Shown here: positions 30,613-34,026 of the stretch, one piece after another
How positions within the stretch are numbered: the stretch's first letter is position 1
Layout: the number at the start of each line of letters is the position of its first letter
From: Thermovirgaceae bacterium
GTDB taxonomy: Bacteria; Synergistota; Synergistia; Synergistales; Thermovirgaceae
Length of the DNA stretch: 34,026 nt
Direction: 5' to 3'
Assembly (NCBI GenBank): GCA_040767805.1
Contig: JAXGNU010000014.1
Coordinates: 1 to 34,026 of the forward strand
Notes under the pieces: generated by a model
The model's input: only the letters and a program-made list of their open reading frames with translations
The model's database searches: none
Told to the model about the DNA's origin: nothing
Position numbers and translations under genes: made by a program

Positions 30613-32058
30613 ATGTCTGCAGCCTCTTTTGACCGCCTGAAGGGTTACGTATCCTCCAGGTTGCTTGAAAAGATCGTGGAAACATCTACTTCCGACGACG
30701 AGGGCAAGCTCGCGGATCTCTTCGAACTCCTTTCGAAGTTGTCCCCTGCAAGGTATTACAAGGAGAGTTTCCACGACCTGGCTAGGATGGCACGGGAAGA
30801 CCACCCGGTGACCAGGGTCTTCAGGAGGATCTTCACCGACCTTCACCCCAACTGCCGGCGCAAAGCCGTCAGCAACTTCTTCGTCAACTTTCTCCTCGTG
30901 GGAAGGGATGTCAGGGACAGGAAGGAGGCGGAGTTGGGCGTCCACCTCCCCAATTTCATGGTAATAAGCCCCACCATGAGGTGCAACTTGAGATGCAAGG
31001 GGTGCTACGCCGCGGGGTACTCCAAGGAAGACGACCTGCCCCTCGAGAGGATCGACAGGCTGATCGCTGAAGCAAAGGAACTGGGCATGTACTTCTTCAC
31101 CTTCTCCGGCGGGGAGTGTTTCGTGAGGCCCGACCTGCTGGACCTGTGGAAAAAGCATCACGACTGTTACTTCCAGGTCTACACCAACGGGACGCTCCTG
31201 GACGACGCCACCGTGGGGCGGCTCGTAAAGCTGGGGAACGTGGCCCCCATGGTATCCGTCGAGGGCTCCCGGGAGGAGACCGACATGAGGAGGGGTCGGG
31301 GGATGTATGATCGCGTGCTGGAGACCTTCGGCAGGCTCTCCGAGGCGGGGTTGCTCTTCGGCTTCAGCGCCACCTGCACCAGTTCGAGCGCCGATTACAT
31401 CGCCTCCGACGCTTTCCTGGAGGAGATGCTCGACCATGGCTGCAAGGTCGGGTGGTTCTTCCAGTATATCCCCACCGGCGACGACCCCGACCTGGGCTAC
31501 ATGGCCACCCCTTCGCAGAGGGCGGCCCTTCACCGGAAGGTCACCGAATGGCGGCGGAAATACCCCATATTCCTCGGGGACTTCTGGAATGACGGCCCCT
31601 TCGTGGACGGCTGCATGGCCGGGGGTGAAAGGTATCTACACGTGATCTCCAACGGGGACGTGGAACCCTGCGTCTTCGTCCATTTCGCCGTGGATAACAT
31701 AAACGACAAGAGCCTCCTGGAAGTGATCCAGAGCCCCTTCTTCCGTGATATAAGGGACAGGCAGCCCTACGACGACGACAACCTCCTCTGTCCATGCATG
31801 GTGATCGACCACCCCCACGTACTGAGACAAGTAGTAAGGGCCCACGGGGCGCGGGCGACTCACCCGGGTTCCGAGCGCATCCTCACGGAATTGTCCAGGG
31901 GGCTGGACGATTATTCGAGGAGCATCCACCAACTCTTCGACCCCCTTTGGGAAGGGGGAGGGAGGGAGCGGTACCTCAAGAGCCTGGAAAGGGAGGACAA
32001 GCAGCACCCCCAGGGACGTTTCAACAAAAGATTGCCAACGGAGCAGAGAACAGGATAA
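30613..32058 (+). CDS. Radical SAM protein with a SPASM/Twitch-type C-terminal domain
   Basis: CNLRCKGC (CxxxCxxC), FSGGE, YTNGTL, GCMAGG...GDVEPCVF, CPC. Confidence 0.92.
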   Translation: MSAASFDRLKGYVSSRLLEKIVETSTSDDEGKLADLFELLSKLSPARYYKESFHDLARMAREDHPVTRVFRRIFTDLHPNCRRKAVSNFFVNFLLVGRDVRDRKEAELGVHLPNFMVISPTMRCNLRCKGCYAAGYSKEDDLPLERIDRLIAEAKELGMYFFTFSGGECFVRPDLLDLWKKHHDCYFQVYTNGTLLDDATVGRLVKLGNVAPMVSVEGSREETDMRRGRGMYDRVLETFGRLSEAGLLFGFSATCTSSSADYIASDAFLEEMLDHGCKVGWFFQYIPTGDDPDLGYMATPSQRAALHRKVTEWRRKYPIFLGDFWNDGPFVDGCMAGGERYLHVISNGDVEPCVFVHFAVDNINDKSLLEVIQSPFFRDIRDRQPYDDDNLLCPCMVIDHPHVLRQVVRAHGARATHPGSERILTELSRGLDDYSRSIHQLFDPLWEGGGRERYLKSLEREDKQHPQGRFNKRLPTEQRTG

Positions 32059-32103
32059 TCTATTCACGGCAGTGAAGAGCCTATTCCCAAAAGGGGTGAG
32101 GAG

Positions 32104-32682
32104 ATGAAAAGTTACGCCCTTGCCATCGCCCTGGCAATGCTGGCGGCGGCGGTATACGCCTTCCAGAACACCGGGGAGGTACTGGTCAGGTTCCTGGTAT
32201 GGGAGCTGTCTTTCCCCCAGGGCATCTGGGAAGTGATGCTCTTCGCCGCGGGGGGAGTCCTGATGTGGCTGGTCTCCCTTTTCGCGTCGATGGAGAGCAG
32301 GTCGAAGTACGTGCGGCAGGTCAAGGAAAAGGAAGCCAGGATCAGGGACCTGGAGGGCGAAAAGTCGACCCTGGTGGAAGCCCTGAAATACAGCGGGGAA
32401 CGGCACGAGGCCGAAATAAGGGCCCAGCGCCCCGAGGAGCCCCCCGGGGAAGGCTTGGAGGAAACGGAAGTGGAAGTCCTTGAGCCTAGCGTTGAACGGC
32501 ACGAGGCCGAAATAAGGGCCCAACGTCCCGAGGAGTCCCCCGGGGAAGGCTTGGAGGAAACGGAAGTGGAAGTCCTTGAGCCTAGCGTTGAACGGCACGA
32601 GGACGAGCAAGGGGCCTTGCTCCCCGGGGAGACCCCCGAGGAAGACGCGACGGAACCGGAAGCGGAAAAGGAAGGGCAGTGA
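32104..32682 (+). CDS. LapA/DUF1049-family membrane protein with an acidic repetitive tail
   Basis: TM-AFQNTGEVLVRFLVW-TM-coiled-coil layout typical of the family. Confidence 0.8.
   Translation: MKSYALAIALAMLAAAVYAFQNTGEVLVRFLVWELSFPQGIWEVMLFAAGGVLMWLVSLFASMESRSKYVRQVKEKEARIRDLEGEKSTLVEALKYSGERHEAEIRAQRPEEPPGEGLEETEVEVLEPSVERHEAEIRAQRPEESPGEGLEETEVEVLEPSVERHEDEQGALLPGETPEEDATEPEAEKEGQ
32398..32602 (+). repeat. In-frame 96-bp tandem duplication (two copies plus a 13-bp partial third)
   Basis: Units start at 32398, 32494 and 32590; three substitutions between copies 1 and 2. Confidence 0.95.
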
Positions 32683-34026
32683 TCGGGGAGATCCCCGTCT
32701 CCCGGTTGGAGCTCCGGGAGGTGGACGATAATGCCAGGATCCTCGCGGAGAGAGTGCCATGCTCACCCCTGACCGCTCTCCTGTTGAGGATGAGGGGGTT
32801 CTCGGGGGATGACCCCCGCGAGGCCCGGGCGCAGCTGGACCCGGGCCTCGACGGTTCGATGGCCGGCCTCGGCCTGGGGCCCTTCTCGGCCCCGGCCGCG
32901 GACCTCTGGAAAAGCCTCCGGGGGGCCGAAAGGGTCGTCGTCTACGGTGATTACGACGCCGACGGGGTCTGCGCCACGGCCCTCGCCATGGAACTGGCCC
33001 TTGCCTCGTTTCGCCAGGTCAGGTACTTTATCCCCCAAAGGCACTGTGAGGGTTACGGGGTTCATGAAAGGGTCGTCAGGGCGATAGCTCGAAACGGCTG
33101 CGACCTCCTGATTGCCGTCGATTGCGGAACCAGGGATACGGAGGCGCTCGGCGTCGCCTGGGAGGCGGGCATCCCTGTGATCGTCTTCGACCACCACCTT
33201 CCCGGGGAGACTTTGCCCGAAGGCGCCCTCGTGGTCAACCCTCACGCCGGGGGCTCCGGTGAGGCCCAGACCCTCTGCGCCACGGGCGTTCTCTGGGCCT
33301 GGGCGAGGCGCGAGGGGATCGCCCCCCCTGAGTGGGTCGACCCCAGGATGGAACTCGTCGCCATTGCCACCCTGGCGGACCACGTGCCCCTGGGGATGTT
33401 GAACCGCGCGATCTACTCCAGGGGGGTGGGGATCCTCCGGCATTCCGAGAGGCGGGGCCTGCGCGCCCTTATCGCCGGGGCGGGCCACCGCCCCGAAGAA
33501 GTGGACGAGGAACTCCTCGCCATGAAGATCATACCCTGCCTGAACGCGGCGGGCAGGTTGGGGGCGGCCGATATCGCCGTTGACACCCTGCTCGGTGGTC
33601 CCGACTTGGAGGGCAAGGCCAGGGAACTGGTCGACCTCAACAGGAAGAGGCAGTCCCTGGCCGCGGAGATCCTAGAGGAGATCCACCCGAAGATGGAGGA
33701 AGGGGCCCCCGTCGTCATGGGGGACTACGCCTGGCCGGTAGGGGTCCTCAGCGGGGTGGCAAGCCGTATCTGCTCCGAGGCGGGCGTATCGGTGGCCCTA
33801 GCGTCGCTCTCGGGTGATCATGTCAGGGGGACGCTCAGGGTCCCCCAAGGGGTGGACGCGCTCAAGATCCTGGAGCCTGTGGCGCCCCGCCTCCTATCCT
33901 GGGGAGGGCATCGCTCGGCGGCGGGATTCTCCGTATCCCTTTCGGAGTGGTCCATCGTGAGGGACCTGATCGAGGAGAACCTTCTTTCCTCACCCCCATC
34001 GCCGGCGACGGTACAGGCCATATTCT
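32679..34026 (+). CDS. recJ: ssDNA exonuclease RecJ, 3'-truncated by the window edge (absent from the ORF track because it has no stop)
   Basis: Manual translation from GTG 32679 gives VVVYGDYDADG, YFIP..H.EGYG, AVDCG, VFDHH, TLADHVP, LNAAGRL and WGGHRSAAG. Confidence 0.92.
   Translation, partial: MIGEIPVSRLELREVDDNARILAERVPCSPLTALLLRMRGFSGDDPREARAQLDPGLDGSMAGLGLGPFSAPAADLWKSLRGAERVVVYGDYDADGVCATALAMELALASFRQVRYFIPQRHCEGYGVHERVVRAIARNGCDLLIAVDCGTRDTEALGVAWEAGIPVIVFDHHLPGETLPEGALVVNPHAGGSGEAQTLCATGVLWAWARREGIAPPEWVDPRMELVAIATLADHVPLGMLNRAIYSRGVGILRHSERRGLRALIAGAGHRPEEVDEELLAMKIIPCLNAAGRLGAADIAVDTLLGGPDLEGKARELVDLNRKRQSLAAEILEEIHPKMEEGAPVVMGDYAWPVGVLSGVASRICSEAGVSVALASLSGDHVRGTLRVPQGVDALKILEPVAPRLLSWGGHRSAAGFSVSLSEWSIVRDLIEENLLSSPPSPATVQAIF

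Noticed and set aside
32398..32602. TR/VR pair or mobile-element remnant
   Set aside because: Simple adjacent in-frame duplication; its three mismatches (G/A, C/T, C/T) are not adenine-specific.

Overview
High-GC bacterial chromosomal segment made mostly of housekeeping genes. The mix of outer-membrane Lpt-type genes with a T-box, a CIRCE element and rex suggests a diderm anaerobe such as a Synergistota member (inference). Gene order: two hypothetical genes, lptC-like, lptD-like, ddl; greA (-); a Thr-specific T-box followed by thrC-thrB-aspartokinase-asd; lptA-like, lptB; a hydrogenase maturation protease (-); murJ; an AT-rich island; an exported hypothetical protein, an FmdB-like zinc ribbon, tsaD; CIRCE-groES-groEL; guaA; an AI-2E transporter; mobB; hppA; dnaG-rpoD; an S4 protein, rex; yajC, secD, secF; a radical SAM gene; a LapA-family gene with a 96-bp duplication; and partial recJ. 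The standout feature is the ~880-bp island at 13137-14014. It holds a lone four-helix-bundle (23S rRNA IVS protein/bAvd-like) gene between mutually inverted arrays of 7-bp repeats and has no transposase. It is bounded by AAGGG direct repeats, and removing it in silico rebuilds a murJ 3' end that overlaps the next gene's start codon (TTGA). Secondary points: a GuaA lacking the catalytic His of its glutaminase domain, and a terminator/antiterminator-like leader upstream of hppA. All calls come from motif recognition by eye; no database searches or folding programs were run.
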